A stretch of 64,000 nt of DNA from a virus: the IMG/VR virus record IMGVR_UViG_3300025897_000009; one strand, given 5' to 3'. A model generated the notes under the pieces. The model saw nothing but the letters and a program-made list of their open reading frames with translations, searched no databases and was not told where the DNA came from. Below are positions 48,572 to 58,421 of this stretch, in pieces (within the stretch, counting starts at the first letter, position 1; each line of letters opens with the position of its first letter). A program made the translations under genes and the position numbers.

Positions 48572-48697
48572 TTACTTTTTATTGGCGACTGTTTTCTTTC
48601 TTATTGTATATGCTTCATTCGTGTACTTGGTACGAGGATCATCAGCGATGTATCTGCCCTTGCCATCTCTAGCACGGATTCTCTCATAACCAGACAT
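48572..48697 (-). CDS. Small conserved phage peptide (41 aa)
   Basis: RARDGKGRYIADDP.T..NEAY. Confidence 0.6.
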   Translation of the reverse strand: MSGYERIRARDGKGRYIADDPRTKYTNEAYTIRKKTVANKK

Positions 48698-48707
48698 GAA
48701 GAAGTTT

Positions 48708-49781
48708 TTAAGACTTGTCAGTATATTCTTCATCAGTTATTTCTCCTGTTTCTTTATCAAAATCAACAGATCCTCCATACTTAAACTCTTTGCCAGCAGC
48801 ATCTTCTAGTTGCTCCATGATCTCTGGAGTATAGTATTTCTCAGGATTGTTATTTATAGTTTTACCAAATTGTGTAGTACCATCTGGCAGTTCGATTCTG
48901 GTGGACTTATTTTTAAAGACACCATACTTTAATCCTAATTCAAGCAGACCATAATATCTATCTAGTCCACTGTCATACATCAGTTTGGTATCTACTATTT
49001 TGTTTTCAATAGTCAACCTCGACTTAGCATTCTTACAGTGGATGATATTACCAACAACATCTTTACCATCTTTCTCTTTTCTTTTAGATAAGAAAATGAT
49101 AGAAGATGCAGCATACTTAAGACCTGATCCACCACCCATCTCTTTCGTTGGGAACATTGAACCAATACTGTCATAAGTATGGTTTGTCACTATCATAGGA
49201 ACTTTTGCTCGACCTAGTTTCAAAGTAAGAACTCTGAATGCACCTTTTAGAATCTGTGCTCTGGTCATATCTCTTGTTTCTTTACCCTCAGCAGTATCTT
49301 CAATCTCTTTGGTTGTAGATAACATGCCAAGTGAATCTAAGACGAACATCATCTTAGGTCTTTTATCTTCGGGTGTTTCTAGATAACGATCAATGACTTT
49401 GATCGTTTGAGTTCGGAACTCTTGTGCTGTTACGACTGGAACGATAACGATACGATCGGGATCAATACCTCGTTCTTCAATCATTTGTGTAGTAATCGCT
49501 GACTCTGATTCAAAGTACATTACTGCTGCATCAGGATTATCTTCTAAGAATCTTTTACATATTCCTAGAGCAAAAAAGGTTTTACCTGTGGCTGATTCAC
49601 CAGCGATTGCTGTTATTTTATTTTCGGGAAGTCCACCATACAGTGAACCTGAAAGTAAGGCATTAAAGATGTAAGAACCAGTGTCGACAAATCCATCGAC
49701 GTCTCCTGCTTCTATACCTTCTGATACGATATTGGCATACTCATTCCCTGATGCCTTCACTAGATCTTTTAGAAAACTCAT
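48708..49781 (-). CDS. uvsX: RecA-like recombinase UvsX
   Basis: [34 protein letters not shown]. Confidence 0.96.
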   Translation of the reverse strand: MSFLKDLVKASGNEYANIVSEGIEAGDVDGFVDTGSYIFNALLSGSLYGGLPENKITAIAGESATGKTFFALGICKRFLEDNPDAAVMYFESESAITTQMIEERGIDPDRIVIVPVVTAQEFRTQTIKVIDRYLETPEDKRPKMMFVLDSLGMLSTTKEIEDTAEGKETRDMTRAQILKGAFRVLTLKLGRAKVPMIVTNHTYDSIGSMFPTKEMGGGSGLKYAASSIIFLSKRKEKDGKDVVGNIIHCKNAKSRLTIENKIVDTKLMYDSGLDRYYGLLELGLKYGVFKNKSTRIELPDGTTQFGKTINNNPEKYYTPEIMEQLEDAAGKEFKYGGSVDFDKETGEITDEEYTDKS

Positions 49782-49935
49782 TATTCACTTCTCCATTACA
49801 AATTTTATCATCATACTTTATATGTTCTTTCATCATTGCCTTTATATCGCTCAACTGATGCTCCATGTATAACAGGATAGCAATCGTTGCGGAGCAAAAA
49901 ACAAAAAAGATTACGTCCATTAAGTTATGATCCAT
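49741..49935 (-). CDS. Small membrane protein
   Basis: N-terminal TM. Confidence 0.5.
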   Translation of the reverse strand: MDHNLMDVIFFVFCSATIAILLYMEHQLSDIKAMMKEHIKYDDKICNGEVNNEFSKRSSEGIRE

Positions 49936-49943
49936 AATTTATT

Positions 49944-50378
49944 CTACTCTATTATTCCCTTTTCGTAAAGGTACTTTCGGTTAAATAGATGTAATTCTTT
50001 TATGTCATCCTTTGATTGCCCATGATATGGCACTGCCATTTTGTTTTCAATCAAAGAATCACAGACTGATTCCCATGACTCATTCACATTGTTGTGAACA
50101 TGGAAGTCTCCGATAATTCTACCAAACTTTCCTTTTGACTCATATTTCTTTGTTACAAGTTTATGTGTGCTGCCAACAGGTAGTTTTTCCAGTAGAAACT
50201 TCTTGGATAAAAGTCCAAATTTCTTTTCTTCTAAATCTCTAGTTCTTGACTCAGGTGTATCAATGCCTTCTAAACGAACTCGTTCATCTTTTAGAACGAT
50301 GTTGAAACCTAAATCTATATCGATGTCGACTGTATCGCCATCGACCACTTTCAATATTGTACATTTATATTCATACAT
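49944..50378 (-). CDS. Thermonuclease (SNase-like)
   Basis: KVVDGDTVD..RVRL.GIDTPE..KGKFGR. Confidence 0.88.
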   Translation of the reverse strand: MYEYKCTILKVVDGDTVDIDIDLGFNIVLKDERVRLEGIDTPESRTRDLEEKKFGLLSKKFLLEKLPVGSTHKLVTKKYESKGKFGRIIGDFHVHNNVNESWESVCDSLIENKMAVPYHGQSKDDIKELHLFNRKYLYEKGIIE

Positions 50379-50389
50379 AGTTTCAATAT

Positions 50390-52888
50390 TTAGGCAAAAA
50401 AACTGTCTAAACTAGCAGTTGGTTCTGTATTCCAGTCTATCGTATATAAAATTGCCTGTAGAGGTTCTAGAAAACTCTTTTTGAACTGTAAGTCATAATC
50501 TACATACTTGTGTAGATCAAACTCTTTTGGTAAGAAACCAATGAAAGCAATTACATTTTCATTGATAGTGTTAGGAAGTTTTAGATAACAGAACTTGATC
50601 TTCTCACCATTCTTGATCAAACTGTATCTCATCTCTAATCCTTTTTTGTTTAGATAATGATTGTATAACAAAGAACCTCTTACATGAATCGGTGTACTCT
50701 TTGTGTAGATGTTAGCATTATCTTTATACTGTAGTAATCCTTTAACACTACGAGGGAATGCTACTTCTTCAGGTGGTAGTTGAGTAAACATTATCCTGCT
50801 CTCCTCTACAAAGTTATGTATTGCTGTTTCGTCACCTTGCATGACCACCTTTAATCCTTCTTCTAACCTTTTGCGTACCCAAAGAGGAGTAGATGATTTT
50901 GCAGTTTCAATACCCATCATCTTCAACTTAGGTTGAGCAAGTCGAACTCCTTCGTCATCAAGTACATTTAGAATGTATCTTTTCTTAGCAGTCCATATAC
51001 CTTTGTCTGCTATTACTTCTCTTGCCATTTGCATCTTTTGATCATAAGCATTTACATAGTCAGCAAGTTCTTGATAAGACTGATCAATAAAAGGTTCAAT
51101 CTTTTCCTTAGCAATCTGATCTAAAAATTGTAATGGGTTCTTAGGATTCACTTTCTGTATCAATTCATCAAACCTTACATACACTGAATCAGTATCCATT
51201 GCGATAACATAATCGGCATCAGTCTTGAGTAAATTGTTCAACCATTCGTTAATCTTCTTTTCAATCCATTGTATAGATAACTGCCCTGCTGTAGTAATGC
51301 CTTCTGCGATTCTGAGATTAAAGAAAGCAAAGTATTGGTTAGCAAGTGCACCATATGCTGAGTTAAGAGAAATCTTACGCACCATTTGGTTATTATGACA
51401 AATGGTAATTAATGATTGTAGTTCTTGTTTCTTTTTAGGATCAGTTTCAGTTTGAAGTTTCTTTGATGCTTCAATCATTCTACCTTTCCACAACTTCCTT
51501 TCATCATAGAACTGTTCCATTAACTCTGGTAAGAATCCTTGTTTCTTCTTACTAAACACTGCACCATTAGGCACAACTGTCACATCTTTGCGTTTGATAT
51601 ATGTAGAATCATATTGCCCATTAAGTAGTTTCTTAACAGTGACATCTTCATGATCTTTTGTTAAGGTTTCTGGTGACATATTGTACTGCATAATCAAATG
51701 AGGATACAGTGAGTTTAAGTCAAAGGAAAGTACCCAATCGTGCCCACCAACTTGTGGTTCTTTTACATATGCACCTATAATTGGACCCTTCTTATCGTTG
51801 CCTGTTTTTAAAGCAGGTGGTGGAGTTTGTATGTTCCTATCTCTCAAGAAGTTGTAAATAATAGTTTCCCAGTATCTTACTTGACCAAAGGTATCACCAT
51901 AATTACACTTCGCAGTATAAGTCATAGCAAAGATTAAATCAATCAATCCTAGTTTCTTATCTAATCTTTCTACCAAGTCAACATCTTTGATGTTGTACTC
52001 TAAGAACTTAATGTAGTCTTGTTTGTATAGTAAGTGTAGAGATGACTGTTCATAGTCCAATTTACCCTCACCAAGTTCTACTTGGGCAATGTTATCTAAA
52101 CGATAAGACTCTTGGTTCTTGTAAGTAAATTTGCGATAGATCTGTAAATAATCTAAAATAGTAATACCATGAAGTTTCCAAGATTGCTGTAGATTTGTAC
52201 CACCCATAAAGTTCCATTCTCTGGTGTCTGACATACCCCATGGTGATAGTTTCTTATGTTCTCCATCACCAAACAGTTTGTCAATTCTATTACAAAGATA
52301 AGTGATGTCAAAGGTTTCTACATTCCAACCTGTGATACAATCTGGAGATAGTTCTCTCCAAACTTTGATGAATTTTAAAAGTAATTCCTTCTCAGATTGA
52401 CAAGGATGATAGATTATGTTTTGTTGATGATCCCATTCACCAAACCCAAACACATGGGCAGGTTGATCAAATTGTTTAAGGGTGATGGCATTGACTCTTT
52501 CATTTGCCAATGTGGGTTCGGGGAATCCTTCTTCACACTCACACTCAATGTCAAGAGTACAAACTCGAATGAGTTTGGGGTCGTACTCTATTTCACCTTG
52601 AAAGTTCTCTGCGATATAGGTATATGCCCAACGATCAAAACCATGAACCTCAAAAGAATCAATACCAGAATACTTCTCACGAAATCTTCTTGCTCCACTC
52701 ATCCCATTTAGTTTAACAGGTTCGAGGTTTCTTCCGTCTAAGGTTTTATATGGCGAGTCGGGTTTATTAGAGAGAACATACAGAGTTGGTCTGTATGGCA
52801 AGGTTGCCTTTGCTTGCTTGCCATCTTTATAACCTCTTACAAGTATCTTGTCTCTAGTTGGGTGTACATGCGTATAAAAATCCATCAA
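50390..52888 (-). CDS. 43: Family B DNA polymerase gp43 (uninterrupted)
   Basis: DIEC exo I, FDLNSLYPH, KISLNSAYG, DTDS, KKRY. Confidence 0.98.
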   Translation of the reverse strand: MMDFYTHVHPTRDKILVRGYKDGKQAKATLPYRPTLYVLSNKPDSPYKTLDGRNLEPVKLNGMSGARRFREKYSGIDSFEVHGFDRWAYTYIAENFQGEIEYDPKLIRVCTLDIECECEEGFPEPTLANERVNAITLKQFDQPAHVFGFGEWDHQQNIIYHPCQSEKELLLKFIKVWRELSPDCITGWNVETFDITYLCNRIDKLFGDGEHKKLSPWGMSDTREWNFMGGTNLQQSWKLHGITILDYLQIYRKFTYKNQESYRLDNIAQVELGEGKLDYEQSSLHLLYKQDYIKFLEYNIKDVDLVERLDKKLGLIDLIFAMTYTAKCNYGDTFGQVRYWETIIYNFLRDRNIQTPPPALKTGNDKKGPIIGAYVKEPQVGGHDWVLSFDLNSLYPHLIMQYNMSPETLTKDHEDVTVKKLLNGQYDSTYIKRKDVTVVPNGAVFSKKKQGFLPELMEQFYDERKLWKGRMIEASKKLQTETDPKKKQELQSLITICHNNQMVRKISLNSAYGALANQYFAFFNLRIAEGITTAGQLSIQWIEKKINEWLNNLLKTDADYVIAMDTDSVYVRFDELIQKVNPKNPLQFLDQIAKEKIEPFIDQSYQELADYVNAYDQKMQMAREVIADKGIWTAKKRYILNVLDDEGVRLAQPKLKMMGIETAKSSTPLWVRKRLEEGLKVVMQGDETAIHNFVEESRIMFTQLPPEEVAFPRSVKGLLQYKDNANIYTKSTPIHVRGSLLYNHYLNKKGLEMRYSLIKNGEKIKFCYLKLPNTINENVIAFIGFLPKEFDLHKYVDYDLQFKKSFLEPLQAILYTIDWNTEPTASLDSFFA

Positions 52889-52893
52889 GACTT

Positions 52894-52923
52894 ATTGTAC
52901 CTCAAAAGCACAATGTTGTAAAG
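52894..52923 (-). promoter_or_regulatory. Early-type promoter (TTTACA-N17-TACAAT)
   Basis: Immediately before the gp43 start. Confidence 0.6.
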
Positions 52924-52933
52924 TGGGTTCTGA

Positions 52934-53140
52934 CTAGAAACGATTAATTTCTTCAAGTAAATCTCTGTAATGTGCCATCTTAGTCAGTTCTGCTTCAATC
53001 GTTTCCATAACATCTGGATGTTCTGCAACACCAACTGAATTGTGTAAGATGTTCAATACATTTACTTTGTGTTTGTTTATTAATGCCTCGTAATGCATTT
53101 GACCTGCTTCGAGGATGGAGTCTCTCATAGTTTTAGACAT
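52934..53140 (-). CDS. Conserved small phage protein
   Basis: HKVNV..L.N.VGVAEHPD.METIE.EL. Confidence 0.7.
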   Translation of the reverse strand: MSKTMRDSILEAGQMHYEALINKHKVNVLNILHNSVGVAEHPDVMETIEAELTKMAHYRDLLEEINRF

Positions 53141-53155
53141 AATGTAGTTCTCTCT

Positions 53156-53692
53156 TTAAGGGTTTTGTCGATCGTTTTCGTCGAAGTCTAAGAATCCTGT
53201 TGCTGCGAAATACTCATCGCCAGATTCTATTGCTTTGCCAACATTAACAACTCTATCTCTGAGTCTTGTTGATCTTGGTCCAACTTGGGTTGCCCATTTT
53301 GAATCCATCATTTGTACTGCCATTTCAGCATAGTCACCAGCATCAAGTGCTGCTAACATTTTTTTGAATCCTGCTAATCTAGTCATACCCATATTAAACA
53401 TCATGTTAAGCAATACATGTTGGATCTCTCCAGGGAATGCAAGGAACTTATCCTCACCCCACATGTGTAAGCATTCTTTAAAATGTTTATCAATGTCTAA
53501 AAATAATAATTCGTTAACTCTTTCATCTGATATAGTATCACCGACTTCTAGTTTTTCTAATCCTGCGTCTCCTTCTGGATTAATGAGGTGTCCTACCCCA
53601 ACTGTCTTTAGTCCTAAAGAGTCTAGATACACATCATTTTTGACTCCTTCGTCAAATTTGATTTGTTCTATAAATTTATGGTCTCTTCTCAT
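53156..53692 (-). CDS. Lysozyme (GH24, T4 e-like)
   Basis: DEG..VYLDSLG..TVGVGH catalytic E-D-T, NMMFNMG..L..FKKM, DSKWA.QV..R; TATAAATA at 53841-53848. Confidence 0.9.
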   Translation of the reverse strand: MRRDHKFIEQIKFDEGVKNDVYLDSLGLKTVGVGHLINPEGDAGLEKLEVGDTISDERVNELLFLDIDKHFKECLHMWGEDKFLAFPGEIQHVLLNMMFNMGMTRLAGFKKMLAALDAGDYAEMAVQMMDSKWATQVGPRSTRLRDRVVNVGKAIESGDEYFAATGFLDFDENDRQNP

Positions 53693-54342
53693 TTCAATAG
53701 TTCTCCTGAAAAATATTTTTTTAACATGTCTGTGAATGACAGCCATGGTTCGTATAATAGTACAACTTCGCATCCTTTATCCTCTCTCATTGTTTTTACT
53801 CCATGGGGGAGCATAAAGTTGCAGATATGTGCTGTATCATTATTTATAGTAATCGTTCTCTCATATGATCTTAAGTTCTTAAGAGGAATGATTCCTAAGT
53901 GTTCTCCATATACATCCCATTGAGGAATCGATACTTCATAATGTAGATCCAAAGGATAGTCTGGATCTGTAGCATAAGTAATACCTGATGCTCTCATGGG
54001 CATATCTAAGTGTAATAGATATGGGGTATTGGGTTTCATTCTCAAGTATGCCAATACAGGTCTCTTGAGATTAAAGTTTTCAAGTACCCATGGATGGTCA
54101 ACGATTCTACTGTGTAGTATCTCTGCACAATCCCCATCTGGTATTTGATCTCGCAGATCTTGTACCACATGTGAGGGTAGTGTACCCATCTTTGGTTCTT
54201 CGATAGGATGTGCCATCCCACCTATTGTTAGAGGATCATTACGATGCTCTATACCAAACTCTTCTATTAATTGTTGCTGTGTACTAAAGATGACATCTTG
54301 GTAGACATCTTCATTCGTTATCTTCGTCTTTTTGATTGACAT
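53689..54342 (-). CDS. Cupin/2OG-Fe(II) oxygenase-like protein
   Basis: LHLD...PHGV. Confidence 0.5.
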   Translation of the reverse strand: MSIKKTKITNEDVYQDVIFSTQQQLIEEFGIEHRNDPLTIGGMAHPIEEPKMGTLPSHVVQDLRDQIPDGDCAEILHSRIVDHPWVLENFNLKRPVLAYLRMKPNTPYLLHLDMPMRASGITYATDPDYPLDLHYEVSIPQWDVYGEHLGIIPLKNLRSYERTITINNDTAHICNFMLPHGVKTMREDKGCEVVLLYEPWLSFTDMLKKYFSGELLK

Positions 54343-54706
54343 CTATTTTATCTATAACTTCTTTTTGTTCTTGTCGTACTTGATTCATAATCAGTTCTAC
54401 TAGAATATCACCCATCAATGCTTGCAACTGCATGTCTGTATACAGGTCTTCAACTCTATCTTCATAAACTTCCCCACCCCATCGAATATTTCTTTCGAAC
54501 TGTAGTTCTTTTTCACCTTCTACGAACGACACTCTACCATACTGAAATATAAGTCCTTTGTATTCAGATATATTTATTCTTACACCTGCATCATTCTCTT
54601 TAGGGTTTTCAACTATGGTATAGACACCATCATCAAACAAAGGATTATCTCCATCCTGGAACATCATCCTTTCACTAGAAAGCATTACATCTCTGGTTTC
54701 ACTCAT
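54311..54706 (-). CDS. Conserved hypothetical protein
   Basis: YKG.IFQYG.V...MGDILVEL. Confidence 0.65.
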   Translation of the reverse strand: MSETRDVMLSSERMMFQDGDNPLFDDGVYTIVENPKENDAGVRINISEYKGLIFQYGRVSFVEGEKELQFERNIRWGGEVYEDRVEDLYTDMQLQALMGDILVELIMNQVRQEQKEVIDKIDVNQKDEDNE

Positions 54707-54993
54707 GATACAATACCAGCAGATGCTACTTTAATTGAACTCGTAGCATCTTCATATGCTTCAGCAACTTTCTTATTTGTGGGTGTCATGAACACGATAG
54801 TTTGAAATTGAACTTCTGTAGGATTTTCATTTCCTGTTACAGCAATACCTTTTGCGAAACCCATTTGTCCATCTTGATTTTGAAGAATCATTCTAGGATC
54901 TTTCATCACAACATGGGTGTCACCATACTCTGTGAGTTTTCCTACATATTCTCCACTTATTGTCACCACTGTGACGATATCACCTACTTGCAT
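54703..54993 (-). CDS. Sm-like small conserved protein
   Basis: GDIVTV.T.SGEYVGK..PRMI. Confidence 0.6.
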   Translation of the reverse strand: MQVGDIVTVVTISGEYVGKLTEYGDTHVVMKDPRMILQNQDGQMGFAKGIAVTGNENPTEVQFQTIVFMTPTNKKVAEAYEDATSSIKVASAGIVS

Positions 54994-55828
54994 AATATTC
55001 TCCTAGTTTGTCATCGTCAAAACTAGATCTCCAGTTTACTCGATGTTTGTGGTTATCGTTTAAGATAACTCTGTGATTTGTCATGAGTTGATTCCATATT
55101 AGAATGTCACCTTTCTCATACCTGTGCTTATAAGCAAACATCGGATTGTTTGCTTCCATCTCTATGTGATTCATCAGTTGTATAACTTTTGGATCTTGTT
55201 GCTGATTAATCATCGTTGGGTTAAAGCAATAATGCATTTTACCAAAGAACGATTGAACTAATGGATGATCATGACTTAACTTCTCATAATCTTCAGTAGT
55301 TGGGTTCTTAATAGTATGTATATTCGTATTGAAGTGGGTGTACTGCACATCCTTTGCTTCTTCTTTATGTTGACTGTACTTATAAGTTGCTGCCAAGTTT
55401 CTAAACTCAGTCATCGGATGAGGTGTTCCCTCGACCGATTGATTCATGATAATACTGAATCTTGTTGGTTTGGGCATACAAGTCATATCTTGATGCCATT
55501 CACCGATGTACTTTCCATTTGCTTTGAATAAGTCATCTTTGTTATCCATTGCATAGATATCCATAGGAGTCATATGCATTTTGGGTTCATACTTGCTCAG
55601 AGGCACATGTAATTCATCTGCACCCATAGTTCCTAAACTATTAATGAACTTGAATGCCCATTCCCTATCACCTGTTCTTACTTTTTTAGAACGAATAATT
55701 ACCAATGGTGATCTGAGTAGATTATCCCAAATATCTTCAGGTTCTATAGTATCTACAAGAGTAAAATTATTCGGGAAGGATATGTTTAACATTATCGCTG
55801 TAATATTCCTTGATAAGATTATCGTCAA
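54980..55828 (-). CDS. TauD/TfdA-family dioxygenase
   Basis: WHQD, TEF, HPLVQ, GDILIWNQ..TNHR, R..WRS. Confidence 0.82.
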   Translation of the reverse strand: MTIILSRNITAIMLNISFPNNFTLVDTIEPEDIWDNLLRSPLVIIRSKKVRTGDREWAFKFINSLGTMGADELHVPLSKYEPKMHMTPMDIYAMDNKDDLFKANGKYIGEWHQDMTCMPKPTRFSIIMNQSVEGTPHPMTEFRNLAATYKYSQHKEEAKDVQYTHFNTNIHTIKNPTTEDYEKLSHDHPLVQSFFGKMHYCFNPTMINQQQDPKVIQLMNHIEMEANNPMFAYKHRYEKGDILIWNQLMTNHRVILNDNHKHRVNWRSSFDDDKLGEYYASR

Positions 55829-56609
55829 AGTTAGAACGATACATAATTCTTTTGCCAGTGTAAGTTTCTGGTATGATTGCTCTATGTAAAGTTGCTGTAT
55901 GATTCCATATTACAATATCACCATTCTTCCAATGATGAGTGTGTTTGAGTGTGTTTCTGTTTTCATACACTTCTTTAAACACACTAGTCGAAAACTCTGC
56001 CCAATTTTTACACTCTTGATTTAGAGGTGGGTTATAACTGAAATGCTTTCTACCAAACCATTCTTGTACCACAGGGTGATAATATGCTCCTTCATATGCT
56101 TCGGTATGTAATATATTGTCTATGTCTTGACCTGATGGATCAAAGACTTTATGTAATAATTGCATTTTCAAATTTTGATGCTCGCTGATTCGATAAGCAT
56201 CAAACAAATCTATAAATTCGGTTGGGGGTGCATCATAAGTGTCTACTGCTTTAGCATATAGCAAACAGAACTTAACAGGTTTCTCTGTTGCTGTATAATC
56301 TTGGTGCCAATGCTTAGTGTATTGATTCTGTGCTCTGTCCCAATCACTTTGAGAATCAAATTCTGTAACAAATTCATGGGTGTTGGGTGGGTTTCCAAAC
56401 TTACTTCCGATCTCTTCTTTCCATTGATCTAGATCGTTCATGTCTACACCATCTAAGCAAGTTCTCCAACAAGGTTGACCCAACTGCCTAGTTAGGTCTG
56501 CGATATCAGACATCTCAAGTTCTTTACCGAGACTGAGATGTACTATAGGTGAGAAGATAAGTGCTTCTTTAATCTTATCTATATCTAAATTGAATAATCT
56601 TGTAAACAT
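55767..56609 (-). CDS. TauD/TfdA-family dioxygenase (tandem paralog)
   Basis: WHQD, TEFID, HPVVQ, W.NGDIVIWNH.ATLHRA, R.MYR. Confidence 0.85.
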   Translation of the reverse strand: MFTRLFNLDIDKIKEALIFSPIVHLSLGKELEMSDIADLTRQLGQPCWRTCLDGVDMNDLDQWKEEIGSKFGNPPNTHEFVTEFDSQSDWDRAQNQYTKHWHQDYTATEKPVKFCLLYAKAVDTYDAPPTEFIDLFDAYRISEHQNLKMQLLHKVFDPSGQDIDNILHTEAYEGAYYHPVVQEWFGRKHFSYNPPLNQECKNWAEFSTSVFKEVYENRNTLKHTHHWKNGDIVIWNHTATLHRAIIPETYTGKRIMYRSNFDDNLIKEYYSDNVKHILPE

Positions 56610-56767
56610 TAAAAATAAAAATCCTCAATTGCTAGATAGATGAAGTATGAGAATGCTAATGCAAACCCTACAACAAAAATGCTACCTATATGAACAGCAA
56701 GAACAAACATTGAAACTAATAAAGCATTAAAGAAATCTACTGTTCGTTGATATATTGTATTTAGCAT
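56609..56767 (-). CDS. Small membrane protein
   Basis: Hydrophobic; likely start MLNTI. Confidence 0.5.
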   Translation of the reverse strand: MLNTIYQRTVDFFNALLVSMFVLAVHIGSIFVVGFALAFSYFIYLAIEDFYF

Positions 56768-57333
56768 AGTGACTCTCGTGCCCTTTCCTTCCATTCCATT
56801 AACCAATTATCGAACTCTTCATCATCACTCCAGTCATAATCTGCTGGTGTGACTTCAATCACTGCTCCTCGAATGCTTTGTATTTCTTCCCAAGTCATTT
56901 CGTCATAGTCCATGGTGGTGGTTTCACCTGCCCATTCTGTGACCATAACTCCTGTGAAGTTATAGAACTCATCGTCATATTGATTGATCAGTTTTATTTC
57001 AGGATCCCATTGAGATAGATACTCTGTTAGTTTTTCTACGAAAGCATCGGCAATAGACCATGCTGAATACATACAGAAGTAATCATCTTCTGCCTCTGTG
57101 ATATGACACCACTTGGCACCTACATTATCACAGTACCAATCCCATGAATGTTCTTCCTCAAGTTTTGGTATTCCTATAAGAGGAGCATAGTCCTCTGGAC
57201 TTGCATCTTGTAAGAAGTCATTAGGATATTCTTTTTCAAGTTTATCATGTACCAATTGCTTGATTCTTTGCCACTCTTCGAGTGCTGACTCATTTGCCTC
57301 AATATCTACATACTGATAAACATGATTTGCCAT
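56761..57333 (-). CDS. Conserved phage protein (DUF1281/YubB-like)
   Basis: MANHV..WDWYCDNVGAKW..SAWS. Confidence 0.6.
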   Translation of the reverse strand: MANHVYQYVDIEANESALEEWQRIKQLVHDKLEKEYPNDFLQDASPEDYAPLIGIPKLEEEHSWDWYCDNVGAKWCHITEAEDDYFCMYSAWSIADAFVEKLTEYLSQWDPEIKLINQYDDEFYNFTGVMVTEWAGETTTMDYDEMTWEEIQSIRGAVIEVTPADYDWSDDEEFDNWLMEWKERARESLC

Positions 57334-57851
57334 TAGGACTTAGTTCCTTCTATGTAATTGAATACTGTGTCAGGATCTGATACAACATAGGAGTCATCAT
57401 TAGCATTGTCTCTTTGATTAGGTTCTATGAAAGATTTTTCAACAACCATATCATTAATGACCATAGCATATCTCCAAGATCTCATACCAAAACCAATGTT
57501 TGACTTATCAACTAAAGCACCCATCAATCGAGTAAATTCTCCAGTTCCATCAGGTAATGCTTTTACATTCTCAACACCTTGTGATTGAAACCATGCGTTC
57601 ATTACGAACGAATCGTTTACTGATAAGCAGTAGATTTCATCTACACCATTTTCTAAGAACTTGCTATACTGTTCTTCGTATCCAGGCAACTGCTTAGTTG
57701 AACATGTGGGGGTAAATGCTCCAGGAAGTGAGAATAAAACGACTCTCTTTCCACCAAACATTTCTACTGTTTCTTTAGTTACAAATTCACCTAGTTCTCT
57801 GAATGTAAACTTGACATTCGGAACAAAATTTTTCAATTCAAATTCTGACAT
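57333..57851 (-). CDS. Peroxiredoxin (Prx5-type)
   Basis: SLPGAFTPTCS..QLPGY, SVNDSFVMNAW, RSWRYAM. Confidence 0.95.
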   Translation of the reverse strand: MSEFELKNFVPNVKFTFRELGEFVTKETVEMFGGKRVVLFSLPGAFTPTCSTKQLPGYEEQYSKFLENGVDEIYCLSVNDSFVMNAWFQSQGVENVKALPDGTGEFTRLMGALVDKSNIGFGMRSWRYAMVINDMVVEKSFIEPNQRDNANDDSYVVSDPDTVFNYIEGTKS

Positions 57852-58012
57852 TATTTATCTCCCATAACGATAGATGGATCTTTTGCAGAGAATAACTCTT
57901 TTAAGAATCTCATCACTTTAGTTTGTCTATCGAATACAAAGTTTCTAAACTCTTCCATGTATTCAACTTGTACGATAAATCCATTTTGGACTTTTTCTAC
58001 TTCTATTTTCAT
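57851..58012 (-). CDS. Small protein (53 aa)
   Basis: MKIEVEKVQNGFIV...; GAGG SD. Confidence 0.6.
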   Translation of the reverse strand: MKIEVEKVQNGFIVQVEYMEEFRNFVFDRQTKVMRFLKELFSAKDPSIVMGDK

Positions 58013-58033
58013 AATATATATTTCCTCAAATTA

Positions 58034-58110
58034 TGGCGATCCAGAAGGGACTCGAACCCTCAACTTCTGCCGTGACAGGGCAGTGCTCTAACCAATTGAA
58101 CTACTGGACC
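58034..58110 (-). tRNA. tRNA-Asp(GTC)
   Basis: Cloverleaf GGTCCAG..CTGTCAC..GTTCGAG..CTGGATCGCCA, CCA encoded. Confidence 0.95.
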
Positions 58111-58114
58111 AAAG

Positions 58115-58190
58115 TGGTGGAGTGAGAGGGACTCGAACCCTCGACCTCTTCCGTGCAAGGGAAGCATTCTCCCAACTGAACTACCACCCC
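58115..58190 (-). tRNA. tRNA-Ala(TGC)
   Basis: GGGGTGG..CTTGCAC..GTTCGAG..TCACTCCACCA, G3:U70. Confidence 0.95.
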
Positions 58191-58194
58191 ACAT

Positions 58195-58270
<76 letters not shown>

Positions 58271-58385
58271 ATTCATTTGTCTATTTTGTATTTGCGCCAT
58301 TTCCATAACAATAAACGAACCCTCCACCGATAGTAGAAGGTTCGTAGTTTGCTAATTCTTTCACGCAAATTCATAATACAAGTAT

Positions 58386-58415
58386 ATTGTACTATTAAAG
58401 TTGTGTGTCGTAAAG
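58386..58415 (-). promoter_or_regulatory. Early-type promoter of the tRNA cluster (TTTACG-N17-TACAAT)
   Basis: CTTTACGACAC motif. Confidence 0.65.
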
Positions 58416-58421
58416 GTAGTT

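Noticed and set aside
27547-52888. Introns or inteins in nrdA, nrdB, gp41, uvsX, gp43
   Set aside because: All are continuous and of normal length
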